Positions 38,846 through 52,249 of a stretch of DNA of 64,000 nt are shown piece by piece; the stretch's first letter is position 1; the number at the start of each line of letters is the position of its first letter. Both the position numbers and the translations under genes were made by a program. Origin of the DNA: Eledone cirrhosa (taxonomy: Eukaryota); contig OZ024744.1 in the NCBI GenBank assembly GCA_964016885.1, forward strand, positions 79,670,001 to 79,734,000, read 5' to 3'. The notes beneath the pieces are model-generated. The model did no database searches. It was not told the DNA's origin and was given only the letters and a program-made list of their open reading frames with translations.

Positions 38846-41793
38846 AAGGTACCAGCCCATCCATCAATGCACAGAAATGGAAGATTCAATTCATTGAGGA
38901 TTGGGTTGGTAACCATCCATTTCACATTCCCTTCTTCATTCTTACTGAGACCCACCTTGACAACTCCCACTTGGAGGCCGAAGTAAGAGTGAGGAATTTC
39001 ACAACCATCCGTGCGGATCGTGTTGGCAGAAGGAAGGGTGGAACTGCCATTTTCCTGCATGATTCCTTTACGCCAGATGGCAACACAACATTCTCTAATG
39101 GATACTGTGAATCAGTCACTGTGCACAATAAAGCCAATGACCTGACATTAGTTGGGCTCTATAGGCCACAACAAACACCCATAATCTGTTTCAAAGAATG
39201 TCTCAACAGCATTAAATGCTTTATTAAATAGTGCCATTCTAGCAACATACTTTTGATGGGAGACTTTAATCTACCCTGTGTCGATTGGTCTACAAACAGT
39301 TTGAAACCAGACACCCCAACCTCAACCACTGACAAAGAAGCAGTCGAGTCACTTCTTGACTTCATGAATGAGTTTTTCTTGTCCCAACTTTTCCTTGCAC
39401 CAACAAGGCATCAGAAGAACATTCTGGATCTAGTGTTTAGTAACCACACTAACACTATACATAATATTACAGTGGAAAAAACCCTTCTCTCAGACTATGA
39501 CATGGTTCTTTGTAACCTGAGATTCCACCAGCCGAAAGCTAATCCCAGGGTCTTCTTTCCAGCCCACCCATTTGATAACATGGATCTCTACAATGCCAAC
39601 TGGGATGCAATTATGAACGAACTATCACATGTTGACTGTTTATTTTACACACGCACACATTTCCACCAACATCAAAACATCTTGGTAGATCTTTGTAGAC
39701 ACTGTCACAAATATATGTACAAAACACACCCCACCAAAACCTGTGAACAAAACTAAGTGCAGTATCCCCAAAACAGAAAAACAATTATCAGAAAAATAAA
39801 AAGAACAAACCAAAAAATGAACACACTAAAATACTGCCAACAGCAACACACACATTCAATGGCTATCACCCTGCTTGAATCAAACAAAAATAACCTCCAA
39901 CAATGCATAATGACCATCATCAGAGAATAGCTGAAGAGAGGTGGGCCATTGAGAAAATCAAACTCAACCCCAAAGTGTTCTTTTCATTTGCTAAAAAACA
40001 CAAGGTCACCATCTCCACTGTTGGCCCTCTAGTTGATAAAAATGGCACACTCCAAGATAATGCTAAAACCATGGGCGAGATACGGCAGAAACAATACTGT
40101 TCTGTTTTCAGCAATCCTGATATGGCCGATCTGGACTGTATCAGTGATGTTAATCCCCAACACACTATATCAGACATAACGTTTGGAGCCCCGGATGTCT
40201 TAGCGGCAATAAACGAAATTAAACACAATTCAACAGTAGGCCCCGACAGGTTCCCCGCTTGTGTCCTGAAGGTGTGTCGACACCAACTTGCATCTCCTCT
40301 TGCTAATCTGTGGAGGAACTCACTGGACACTGGCTATATTCCTGAAAACTTTCTGTCCCAGTCCGTTGTCCCAGTCTTCAAAAAGGGAAATAAGTCCCTT
40401 GCAGTGAACTACCTTCCGATCTCACTCACCTCTCATATTATCAAGGTATTTGAGAGGGTGGTGAGATCGCGAATAACCCACTTTCTTGAAAGCAACGGCC
40501 CGCTGAACTCCAACCAACATGGGTTCCGTAATGGAAGGCTCCTGCATCACTTTTACGATGTTTTGAGAGCCTTGGAAGAGGGCTCCAATACTGATGTCAT
40601 CTACCTTGATTTCAGCAAGGCCTTTGACAGGGTTGATCATGAGATTCTACTGAAAAAAACTATCCAGCATTGGTGTCTCTGGAGAGTTACTACACTGGAT
40701 CAAATGTTTCCTGACAGACAGAATCCAACATGTTGTAGTCGAAGAAGTTAAATCAAGCCCTGCCAAAGGCAGCAGTGGCGTCCCACAAGGCACTGTGTTG
40801 GGCCCACTTCTATTCATCATCTACATTAATGACATTACTGACATCATCAAGCACAGCAATGTAAGAATCTTCGCAGATGATTCCAAGCTCCAAAGGGTCA
40901 TCAATGAGGTGGGTGACCGGACTTGCCTTCAGTCAGACCTACTGGCTGTTATCCAATGGGCAGAAAATAATAATATGCTGTTGAATGAGGATAAGTTTGA
41001 ATTAATCCACTTTGGAAAAAAGAATGCCCTGAAACTACCATACTCTTTTCCTTCGGGTGAAACTCTGGTGGCATCCAATAACATCAGAGACCTGGGAGTA
41101 ATTGTGGACAACAATATAAGCTGGGCCACTCATATAAACAGCAAAGTTGATATGGCCCGCAGAATGTGTTCCTGGATTCTCAGAACCTTCCAGTCGAGAG
41201 ATATCCACACTGTTATCCTTCTCCACTTTTGCCCGACCCCACCTTGAATGTTGTTGTCCACTGTGGTCACCCCACACGAAACAAAGTATCATGAAAGTTG
41301 AAGCACCCCAAAGGTCAATTACAAAAAAGATAGAGGGCATGGCAGGCCTTGACTATTGGAGTCGATTAGAAAAGCTCAACCTTTACTCTCTCCAACGTCA
41401 CCGTGAGCGCTACATTATCTGCATGATGTGGAAAATATTCCATCAGCTTTGCCCAAATGATGTTGGCATCACCTTTAATGTACACCCAAAGCCTCGGCCT
41501 CGTGCTATCCGCCCACGACAAAAATCTCACTCGCATCACATAACAACAATACGGCACAATTATTTCACCTCAATTGGCCCTGCACTCTTTAACATTACAC
41601 CAAAACACATCAAAACAGAAACAGACCCCATCAAGTTCAAGAAATCTTTGGACAAATTCCTTCAAGAAAACCCGGATAAGCCTCCGTAAACAATAACTCT
41701 CTGCTCGAGTGGGCCATGGTGCCCAAACACTGATTTGTAAGACTTCGCCAGGTGGTGCTATTAAGTTAGACATGGCCGAAACCTATCAAAGTT
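38846..41793 (+). mobile_element. Degenerate CR1-group LINE ORF2 (APE + RT) with several frameshifts and stops
   Basis: LTETHL, MGDFNLP, NILDLVF (APE); YLDFSKAFDRVDH, GVPQGTVLGPLLF, FADD (RT); GPALFNITP..FKKSLDKFL C-terminus. Confidence 0.9.
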
Positions 41794-41820
41794 ATATATA
41801 TTTATATATATTGTATATAT

Positions 41821-43795
41821 ATCATCATCACCGTTTTACGTCCGTTCTTCCACACTAGCATGGGTTAGACGGGTTGTCCTGTTGTGGGCAGTGTCCGGTC
41901 GGCTGACCTTGTCTTGCTCATACGGGAACTGATTCTGGCTTGATTTCTACAGCTGGATGCCCTTCCTAACACCAACCTCATTTACAGTGAGTGCTGGGTG
42001 CCTTTTTTTTCGTGTTGCCTACACGTCCACTTTACAGTGTGGGCTGGGTGCTTTTTTGCCGTGGCACCTCCACGACCACTTTGCAGTGGAGGGTGTGGGG
42101 CATATTGTCTATATGCTTCAGCTTCAGCTTGTACCTGTGGGGGGTCAGGTACTCTGTATTGCTGCGTGACGCCAGAAGTCACGGTCGTGTGTCATCACCT
42201 TTGAGAGGTGTAATTGGGTATGGTTGGCTTTTATCACCTCAGCCCAGGTCTTCTTGGGTCTCCTCACTCCGCGGTTTCCATCGACTTCTAGTGTTCTGCA
42301 CCTTTTTATGCAGCTGTCATCCTTCATACGCATCACATATCCATACCAGCGCAACTACCTCTCCTGCACACAGCATTTGATTCCTCTTATGCTCAGTCTC
42401 TCTCTCAATTCATTTATGCTTTGCCGTTCACGTATATTCCTATTACACATCCATCGGAGCATGCAGGCTTCGTTTCTTTCTAATCTACGCAAGTTATCTA
42501 CAGACAGCGTCCAGGGCTCACTACCATGTAACATTGCTGTTCGTATACACGCATTATACAGTCACCCTTTCATTTTGAGGGAAAAACCTTTTGCAGCTAG
42601 CAGTGGCAGTAGTTCCATGAACTTCTTCCATCCCATTCTTACCCTAGTTATTGTACTTTCCGAACACCCACCTCCGCTGCTAATTCGGTCACCTAGGTAG
42701 CAGAAGCTGTCTACTGTTTCTACAGGGCCCTCCCAGAGATTGGTGGTACTTGTTTCCTGTGGCTGTTTGCTGCTTGCTGTCCCAGCACAGCTGCTACATG
42801 TGAAGCCTACATTCTTAGTTAAGCTTGCTGAAATCCCACTACATCTCTTGTGTAACCATTGATTGCATTTGGGGCAGAGAATGGAGTTCCTACCTACACC
42901 TTTCCTACATACTGAGCAAAGCCATTTGCCTGAGGAGATCTGTGTTCTGTTTTCTAGTCTACTTACAAAGACCCTGTCTTTCTAGTCCCTGCTTCCAAGT
43001 TTGGAATTTCTTCTCTAGTTCTACCATAGATTCAGCTATAAGTGCGAGGTCATCAGCATACAGGAGTTCCCATGGGAATCCGGTCTTAACCTCCTCCGTT
43101 ATTGCCTGCAGAACTATGATGAACGAGAGAGAGCTAAGAACAGGGCCCTGGTGGACACCGACCTGTATGCTAAATTCCTCGCTATAGTCATTGCTAATCC
43201 TAACTTTGCTGACTGCTCCCCTATACATGGGTTGTACAGCTTTCACAAGCCATTCATCTACTCCTAGTTTTCTAAGAGCCCACCAGATTATAGTACGGGG
43301 AACTCTGTCAAAGGCTTTCTTGAGATTGACCAATGCCAGGTAGAATGGCTTACTTTTAACTAGGTACTTTTCCTGTAACTGCCTGACAAGGAAGAGGGCA
43401 TCAGTGGTGCCTCTCCCTGGCACAAACCCAAATTGCATCTCATCTAGTTTCACCCGGTCCATAATCAGCTGTGCTATAACTCTTTCTGTTACTTTCATGA
43501 CCTGGTCCATCAGCTCTATACCTTTATAGATTTCCTCTATCTAGTGCATCACCTTTACCTTTGTAGCAGTTGACAATGATACTACTGCACCAATCCTTTG
43601 GTATGACACCTTCTAGTATTACTTGGTTAACAATACATGTGGTTATAGTGTGACCTACAGACCCAGATGCCTTCAGCATCTCGGCAGCTATACCTGATGG
43701 ACCGGTTGCCTTCCTCGTCTTCATATCTTTGATTGCCTTACTTACTACGCTGCTGCTGACTTGTACTGCTGGCCCATCTATAGGGTCTACTTGGG
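41821..43795 (-). mobile_element. RTE LINE, 5'-truncated (left arm of a head-to-head pair)
   Basis: (ATC)n tail at 41821; minus-strand RT ORF 42959..43510 with LYADD; homologous to ~30068-32066. Confidence 0.92.
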
Positions 43796-44546
43796 GCAGA
43801 CTGTATGATGCGTGTATACGAACAGCAATGTTACATGGTAGAGGGACCTGGGCGCTGTCTGTGGAAGACTTACGTAGATTAGAGAGAAAGGAAGCCTGCA
43901 TGCTCCGATGGATGTGTAATAGTAATATATGCGAACAGCAAAGCATAAATGAATTGAGAGAGAGAGACCGAGAATAAGAGGAATCAAATTCTGTGCAGGA
44001 GAAGCGGTTGCGTTGGTATGGACATGTGATACATATGAAGGATGACAGCTGCATAAAAAGGTGCAGAGCACTAGAAGTCTATGGAAACCGCGGAGTGGGG
44101 AGACCCAAGAAGACCTGGGATGAAGTGATAAAAGCTGACCTTACCCAATTACACCTCTCAAAGGCGATGACACACGACCGTGACCTCTGGCGTCACGCAG
44201 TAATACAGAAGACCCGACCTCCCATGGGTACAAGCTGAAGCTGAAGCATATAGACAATATGCCCCCACTCCCTCCCACTGCAAAGTGGTCATGGAGGTGC
44301 CACGACAAAAAAGCACCCAGCCCACACTGTAAACTGGACGTGTAGGCGCCAAAGAAAAAAAAGCACCCAGCACTCACTGTAATTGAGGTTGGTGTGAAGA
44401 AGGGCATCCAGCTGTAGAAATCAAGCCAGAATCAGTTCCTGTATGAGCAAGACAAGGTCAGCTGACTGGACACTACCCACAACAGGACAACCCGTCTAAC
44501 CCATGCTAGCGTGGAAGAACGGACGTAAATCGGTGATGATGATGAT
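43793..44546 (+). mobile_element. RTE LINE 3' end (right arm of the head-to-head pair)
   Basis: Starts at GRLYDACIRTAMLHG and ends in (GAT)n at 44535-44546. Confidence 0.92.
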
Positions 44547-44594
44547 ATGTGTATATATATATATGTTATATATATATATATGTATATGTGTGTG

Positions 44595-44653
<59 letters not shown>

Positions 44654-44654
44654 A

Positions 44655-46333
44655 GAAATGTCACTATGAGAGACTGATGAATGTGGAGAACTAATGGGAC
44701 AGAGAAATTACCCTCAGTAGACTCAACAGAGGGCCCAGCTATTGAGATTGACGAATATAGGGTACAGGAGGCAATTAAGGAAATGAAGAATGGTAAGGCT
44801 GCCGGACTGTCGGGGATAGTAGCTGAGATGCTGATGGCATCAGGTGAAGTAGGCATTAAACTGGTTGCAGGCATCATCAATCAAGCTATATATGGTGGTG
44901 TCATACCCAAAGACTGGTGCATTGCTACAAAGGTAAAGGGGATGTTCTAGAGAGAAGCAATTATAGGGGCATAAAGCTGATGGATCAGGTTATGAAAGTG
45001 GCAAATTAGATGAGATGCAGTTTGGTTTTGTGCCTCGGAAAAGTAAAACAGATGCCCTCTTCTTAGTGAGGCAACTACAAGAGAGGTTCTTAGAGAAGAA
45101 TAAGCCACTATACTTAGCTTTTGTTGACCTAGAGAAGACCTTTGATAGGGTACCCTGATCTGTCATCTGGTGGTCCCTAAGGAAACTAGGTGTTGAGGAA
45201 TGGCTTGTGAGGACAATGCAAACTTTGTACAGAGGTACTGTCAGTAAAGTCAAGGTAGGAATGGAGTTTAGTGAGGAATTCCAGATACAAGTAGGTGTAC
45301 ATCAGGTTTCAGTCCTCAGCCCGCTCTTGTTCATTATAGTCCTCCAAGCCATAACAGAGGAGTTTAAGACTGGATGCCCATGGGAACTTCTCTATGCTGA
45401 TGATCTGGTTCTTATAGCAGAATCAGTATAGGAGCTAGAGAATAAATTCTGGCTATGGAAACAGCAGTTGAATCAAGAGGACTGAGAGTGAACCTAGCTA
45501 AGACAAAAGTGTTGATAAGTAGAAAAGAGGACAAAACTCTGATTCCATCAGGGAAATGGCCATGTTCGATATGCAGAAAAGGAACTGGCATAAATTCTAT
45601 AAAATGTACACAATGCAGATCTTGGGTACACCAAGATATAGTGGGATAGCAGGCAAACTAACAGGTAGGGAAAACTACGTATGCAGTAGATGTACAAGGA
45701 AAGTTGGCAGTAGTAATCGCAGTGATAGACACATTTTTCCAATGCAGGTGGGTTCTATAGACATGGTGGATATCTTCCGGTACCTAGATGATGAGATTAG
45801 CATGGGAGGGAGGTGTTCCGAGGCCATAGTATCTAGAATAAGGATGGGTTGGAAGAAGTTTAGGGAGCTGCTTCCTCTGTTAACAAAGAAGGGTTTCTCC
45901 CTGTTTACGAAAAGCCAGTTATATGATGCCTGTGTGAGGAGCGCGATGCTGCATGGTAGTGAGACATGGGCAGCAACTGCAAAGGATATGTAACGGCTGG
46001 AGAGAAATGAAGCAAGCATGCTCCGTTGGATGTGCAATGTCAATGTACGTGAACGACCAAGCATAGACGAGTTGAGAAAGAAACTGGGTATTACAGGGAT
46101 AAGTGGTGTGCAGGAGAGAAGTCTGAGATGGTATGGACATGTGATGTGCATGGAGGATGACCGCTGGGTAAAGAAGTGCCAAAATATCCCAGTAGAAGAA
46201 GACCACGAAAAACATGGGCGGAGGTGGTGAGAGCAGACCTCAGATCGCTGAAACTCACGAAGGACCGTGACAAGTGGAGAGAAGCCGTCCCACCCTTGCA
46301 AGCAGGGAAAAGTGGACGTAAAATGATGATCAT
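44655..46333 (+). mobile_element. Degenerate RTE LINE (older subfamily), RT to 3' tail
   Basis: Fragments GPAIEID..., VGVHQVSVLSPLLF..LYADD, WPCSICRKG, YDACVRSAMLHGSETW; short GAT tail. Confidence 0.9.
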
Positions 46334-46799
46334 AAATAAATATATATTTTTTATTTTACTATATTTATATATATGTATCATTTGATATTTAATATACTAG
46401 TATATCATCTCTACCAACCCACACCACTCCTTTAGGCCTCAGTGGACTGGAGAATGAATTCTTGTGTAGGCATGATAGTAGTAGTAGTGTTGGTAGTTGT
46501 GTTTCTTCACAGAACAAAATTGTTTTTTGGGGGCAAAGGAAACATTCTGTAAATATGTGTGTATATCTGATTGTGTTAATTGAATGGTCAAGAGTTCAAA
46601 TGGGGGTGGGGAATTGTAAGCTAGAGACAAATTCTATGGCAGCAGTAGGGTACCTTCTAAAAAAAAAAATAATTGGTAGTGGTATGTACCAACAAATGTC
46701 ATTTAGTCGGTCAAGTAACACTTGGATTCCAAGACCACTAGGTAGCAAAATGCTGAGAAAGGGTATTGTTTTCAGTGTGACTTCTTATTGTGTCCACAA

Positions 46800-47160
46800 G
46801 AGTGTCATCTACAAAGCTTGGCTAGATGTGGTTCGGCCACAGCTGAACACATTGCTGTACTTTCTCATTAAACTCTGCCAAGTACAATGCTGTGCAGGGG
46901 TGTTCCAGCAGGGGGCATATAAAGAGGTGCTGCATAGTCTGTGGTTCGATGCCACAGTCACACACAACATCCCCATCCTTTGAATATCCCCATTTTGTCA
47001 GATTGACTTTTGCACATCCAACACCAGATCTTAGTCTGTTGGGGCATTTCCACACTGCATAGTTTGTATCTGCTCCGGGTGGCAGTGCCTTGCTCAGTGC
47101 GACTGATTCAACAACTATACAATGAGTACAGGTTTCTGTGCCTTCCTGGAAACAATTTGA
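46800..47160 (-). mobile_element. Ingi/Vingi-like non-LTR retrotransposon 3' fragment (CCHC C-terminus)
   Basis: NRLRSGVGCAKVNLTKWGY...CDCGIEPQTMQHLFICPLLEHPC. Confidence 0.65.
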
Positions 47161-48211
47161 GCTCAAATGAGAGCAATCTCTAAACTTTAATAAAGATAGA
47201 AAGAAAAAGATGAAGAAAAACAAGAGCTTACTGAAGGTTTGGAGTCAGTGTTACAGTTGTAAGCATTTCCTCTGGTGTTGTTAGTTGTTCCATAAAAGCA
47301 GGGCTGTATTAATTGTTTTATTTTTTTGTTTTCCTTTTCAGATGACCAGTGTAAGATAGTGCTTGTGACTTGCATGGTTACCAGTAAAGCTAGATTGCAT
47401 GACATGAAGCTAATTTGACATGAAGCTAATTTGCGTGACATGGTCACCAGTGAAGTTAGTTTGCATGATGACATGGTCACCAATGAAGTTAGTGCATGTT
47501 AAAGGAGAGGGTTGGATATAACACATTAATAATAACTCAGTATATTAGAACATAACAATTTTATGCAACAAAATCAGTATTTATACAGGCTTCAACATAA
47601 TCATGGAATTGATCTCAACCAATCAAGTAAACAGGAAACTTCATGGGAGTGAGTGTTCAACAATAGCAGTTTATTTTGTTGGAGTGTCATGATATATGTG
47701 TATGAATGTTAAACAGAAAGAAAGTTAAAAAACGGTTTTGTAGGTGTGCGCATGATGTGTAGTATAATGTTTTTATTTGAGGAAAAACAAAAACAAACAC
47801 ACAAAAGAGCAAGTTTTCATATTCAACCTGGGTTGAGGGATTTGTTTGATAGTTGAAGAAATTCTCACCAGACAAATTTACTTCCAAGTCTTTATTCAAA
47901 GAAATTTAGAAAATGGGATTCATGTGAACTGTTGCAGACAAGACAGCTTGGTGACGGAATCACTCTGCTGACTACTAAAAGCGAAATCACCTTCTCTCTC
48001 AATTCTAAGTGGAAATGGTCATAGCTAGAATGTTTTCCATCATTGTGGCTCATCTACTGGATCAGGACTGGACCTAGGACTAAACGACAACAACAATAAC
48101 AACAGCAACGACCAGCATGGTCGTTTTTTTATCCTCATATTCATCTTTAATGAACGTTTTCACAATACAGTTAGTTTTGCTTATACATATAAATATTCAA
48201 CAACATATACT

Positions 48212-50384
48212 TGTAGCGTTTTCTAGACAGGAAGTAGCTGAAGTTACTTCCCGTTGAGGTTGCAGAACCTTCTTTGTGACTCCCGTCCAAGCAACTATAA
48301 AGGAGATAGCTGAAAGCTATCTCCCTCTCTATTTTCACCTGCCTGGCGCGTTCCACTGAGGGTATATTCTCTGGCAACCTGAACATGGTAATGTAAAGAC
48401 CTCTTGGTCTCTTGCGCGCTGACTTCAAAATGGTAAACATCTAACTTTCTTTCGCTGTGAAAACAACTAGCCAACATGTAACACAACAACTTAACCACGG
48501 CCTGGCAATATTTCCGCCAGTAGACCGTGCATCCTGAATTCCTTTAATTCTCTCTTGGCATGTCAGCTATTCAGCTCTACTCAGCTCAATCTTTGTAAAT
48601 AAATATTGTACATACAACCTCAATCACCCTGTTATAATTGGTGACCCCAAGAAAAAAATAATAGGATCTGGTGTTGTGTGAATATGAAAAAAAGAAAATT
48701 AATTAGCAGTATTTAAAAAAAAAAAAAAAAAATTCCTCTAACAACATTCCACATGGATTTTTTCTCCGAAACTGTCTACAACGAAAAATATAAGTAATCT
48801 TTTTCTCAGCAGCAAACAAACAAGAAAACATTTTGCTCTTCACCTCATGTGTTTACATCATTTAAATGTGTTTCACTCACTAGATATATCCTTCGTTCTT
48901 CTCACAACGAATACTCAAAAAGACTTGGACTCCTGTATTCAACATGTCAATTTTGATGAACATCACAGCTTGCTTACTCATTCAACTAGCCTTTTTCGCT
49001 ACTTTTTCATTACTTTCACAAAAAAATTGAACTCTCGCCATATTTGTATACAAAGTGAATATAGCCTTTCCTTCTTTTTCATCATATTGTCACATTCACA
49101 CACAAACTTTTCAAAATGGCTGCCAACGGCCTGTTCCACTGTCATTTTCGCGCCATTTTCTTGCGCAAAAGAAATATTTTTTTTTATTCAAATTGACTTT
49201 AACCTTGTTTCGGCACGTGTGGGAGCACACATCTCGACTCACTGAGATAACACACGCCATAGATAATGTTTCTTGCCAAGGATTCTCCAGCCTTAAGCTA
49301 TATTCTCCTATTTGCCAGTTTAAAAATTTACCACGTAAATTTGCCGTTGAAAATTGCGCATTTATTCAGAATGCTTATTTCTATGGTCGCTGGCCTCTCG
49401 ACCCATCAACTTTGGCTGATATTTCTAGCACTTTGCGCAACTCATTTTTTCTGGGAAACTTTTTACTGTGAATTGAAAAAAAACTTCGAGACAACAACAA
49501 CACAGCTTCATCTTTGCTTTATCAACAACCAAAACCAGCAGAACAAAACAGAGAATTTATTTTTGCAGCACTCTTCCTGTGAGAAAATCCCACCGCCTTC
49601 GGAGGTTGGGAATTTCACGTTGTACCACAGTCCAGAAACCACCTGCATACATTCTCTGGAGGACACACTTTCTTTCCTGCTATCATATGCTTACATACCT
49701 GTTAACTTTATTTTGAACATTTGAACTTTTTTTAATAACTATGTTCGAGCACGTTTATTTGTTCCTTTGACCTCTTCTTAGGTTGATTACATTGTATCTT
49801 TGTGTGATGTCCAGTCGTTCTCTGGCCAAGAGCGGTTGGCTACCTTGATATCTATCATTAATTTTTGCATGCTCATTTTGCTATTTGCTTGCTCATGTTT
49901 TGTTCATTCATGTTCCTGTACCTTTTACCTTGCTCCTCGTGTTCTCGCTACAATGATTTCATTTGGTCATTCGACTTCTTGTCTGGGAGGGGAGTCCTGT
50001 AGCGCTCTCTAAACAAGCAACTATAAAGGAGATAGCTGAAAGCTATCTCCCTCTCTCTTTTCACCTGCCTGACCCTTCGGCCAGGCACGTTCCACCGAGG
50101 GTATACTCTCTGGCAACCTGAACATGGTAATGTAAAGACCTCTTGGTCTCTTGCGCGCTGACTTCAAAAAGGTAAACAACTAACTTTCTTTTGTCGTGAA
50201 AACAACTAGCCAACATGTAACACAACAACTTAACCACGGCCTGGCAACATTTCCACCAGTAGACCCTGCATCCTGAATTCCTTTAATTCATTGTTTCATC
50301 TCTCTTGGCATGTCAGCTATTCAGCTCTACTCAGCTCAATCTTCGGAAATAAATATTGTACATACAACCCAGTGTCCTGTTATA
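48212..50384 (+). mobile_element. Non-autonomous LTR retrotransposon (Gypsy-like signals, TRIM/LARD-like)
   Basis: LTR1 48212-48636 and LTR2 49998-50384 (TGTAGCG...TGTTATA); PBS TGGTGACCCC 48639-48648 (tRNA-Trp type); PPT GGGAGGGGAG 49985-49994; TSD TACT at 48208-48211 and 50385-50388; no gag/pol recognised. Confidence 0.88.
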
Positions 50385-50527
50385 TACTTTTCACGTATCA
50401 TTGACAATAGAGTTTAAAATAAGAATACAAAAATAACTTGTCAGTCATCAGATTCATTGGACATTCTCTGCTTGCATACACATAGATATATATGTATGTG
50501 TATATATATGCACACACACACATACAT

Positions 50528-51423
50528 ATGGAAACAGAATTTATAATCAAAATAGCTAAGAGTAAACTTAGAAAAAACTAATGTGTTAGTAAGCAGGAAA
50601 GAAGACAGGACCTTGATCCTATCAAGGAAGTGGCCCTGCTCTATAAGCCGAAAAGGAGTAGGCAGAAACTCTATATATTGTACATAATGTAAATCTTGGG
50701 TGCACAAGTGGTATAGTGGGATAACAAGTAAACTAACAGGAAAGGAAGTCTTTGTATGTACTAAATGCATAGGCATAATCATGGGAAGACATCAGTGATA
50801 TAAACCTTTTCCAATCACGTCAAGGATCAATAGAAATAGTTACTAGCTTCTGCTACCTAGGTGACTTAATTAGCAGTAGAGGAGGATAATAACTAGAATA
50901 AGGATAGGGTGGAAGAAGTTTAAAGAACTACTCTCTCTATCAACAACAAAAGGACAGCTGTATGATGCTTGTGTGTGAAGTGTGATGCTGCATGGTAGTA
51001 AAATATAGGCAGTGAGTGCAAAGGATATGCATAGGTTGTAGAGAAATGAAGCAACCATGCTTCAATGGATGTGCAATGTAAATATGAGAGAACAGCAGAG
51101 CTTGGATGAACTAAGGGAGAAACAGAATTTAAGAGGAATCCGAAGTGGTGTACAAGAGAGAAGACTGTATTGGTGTGGGCATGTAATGCACATGGAGGAA
51201 GAAGTTCCAGGAAATTTCAGTAGCAGGAAACCACAGTAGAGGTAGACCAAGAAAGACTTGGATGGAGGTGGTGAGAACTGATTTCAGATCGCTGAAACTT
51301 AGAGGAGAGGACGAAGGAATGCAGTGAGTGGAAAGATGCTGTGCTTAAAAGGATCCATCCAACCCATGCATGGAAAAGCAGATATAAAAATGACAATGAT
51401 AATGATGATAATGATGATAATGA
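50528..51423 (+). mobile_element. Degenerate RTE LINE 3' portion
   Basis: SGKWPCS, GWKKFKELL, YDACV, RRLYWCGHV remnants; (GATAAT)-type tail. Confidence 0.85.
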
Positions 51424-51728
51424 GCTGCCAAGAGAACCCTAGTCCTAATCCTAAGGTGTATACAAATCTCTTTCAATGTTATAAATTGTAATTTAGTTGG
51501 AAAAACAACAACAACAAAAAAAAAAAACAAAGGAAAAAGAAAAAGGTTGTACTTCATAACAGCAATAACATTTTGTTATTGTTGAAAATAAACTTAGGTT
51601 TAATGAATAGTTTTGTTAAAATCAATGAAGTTAAAATGCTTTCTTCAAATTTTCTTGTACTATAAAACATTGTTCAAATTGTGTGTGTGTGTCATAATGG
51701 GTTAAATTCAAATCAGTTTGAAATGTAA

Positions 51729-51759
<31 letters not shown>

Positions 51760-52019
51760 GATGGTGGTGGTGTCCTTTTAGTTATGACTGACCACGGGTT
51801 TGCACCTAGAAAGTTACTTTCCAGAGTCCAAGGTGTTTCCTGGGCAAGGTGTTTTATGGAAGACCAGCAGTCACCCATGCATACTAGTCTCCCTTCTCCT
51901 CACCACCTATATTTTCCAAGGGAAATGCAAAAGCCAACAGAATATTTGACATCAGTGTTGTTGCACTTCACTTTTTTTCAGCTGAGTGGACTGAAACAAT
52001 GTGAAATAAAGTGTCTTAC

Positions 52020-52249
52020 ACCTTTTAGCATTTAAACTGGTTATATCCAGCCAGAATTCTCTCACCTCTTTCTGTTTAAACTGGCTGTAACTGGCTGCTC
52101 ATATTGATGTTAAGATATTGTTCTCAAAATAAATAATATCAAGATTTCATAGATTCAATATTATACGAGATAATTATGTGAAGTAAAGCCTTTACCACAA
52201 AAATAAAATAGTATATATATATAGAGTAATGTAACTGCTAAAGGGTTAA
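52020..52249 (+). mobile_element. Family-A TTAA MITE inserted into a CORE SINE (51776-52338, -)
   Basis: SINE motif aaataaagtgtctt|...|aaggacacaac is split by the MITE, which ends GCTAAAGGGTTAA. Confidence 0.8.

Noticed and set aside
43524-44054. 176-aa ORF spanning the RTE inversion junction as a novel chimeric gene
   Set aside because: Half is antisense RTE and half is a short sense RT-linker piece; it is an incidental product of the junction.
48847-49724. ORFs of 132-152 aa inside the LTR element as gag or env
   Set aside because: No CCHC knuckle, protease, RT or integrase motif; the overlapping F/L/S-rich frames fit T-rich non-coding DNA.
48212-50384. LTR retrozyme (hammerhead-containing LTR element)
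   Set aside because: I found no CUGANGA...GAAA core on either strand of the LTRs.
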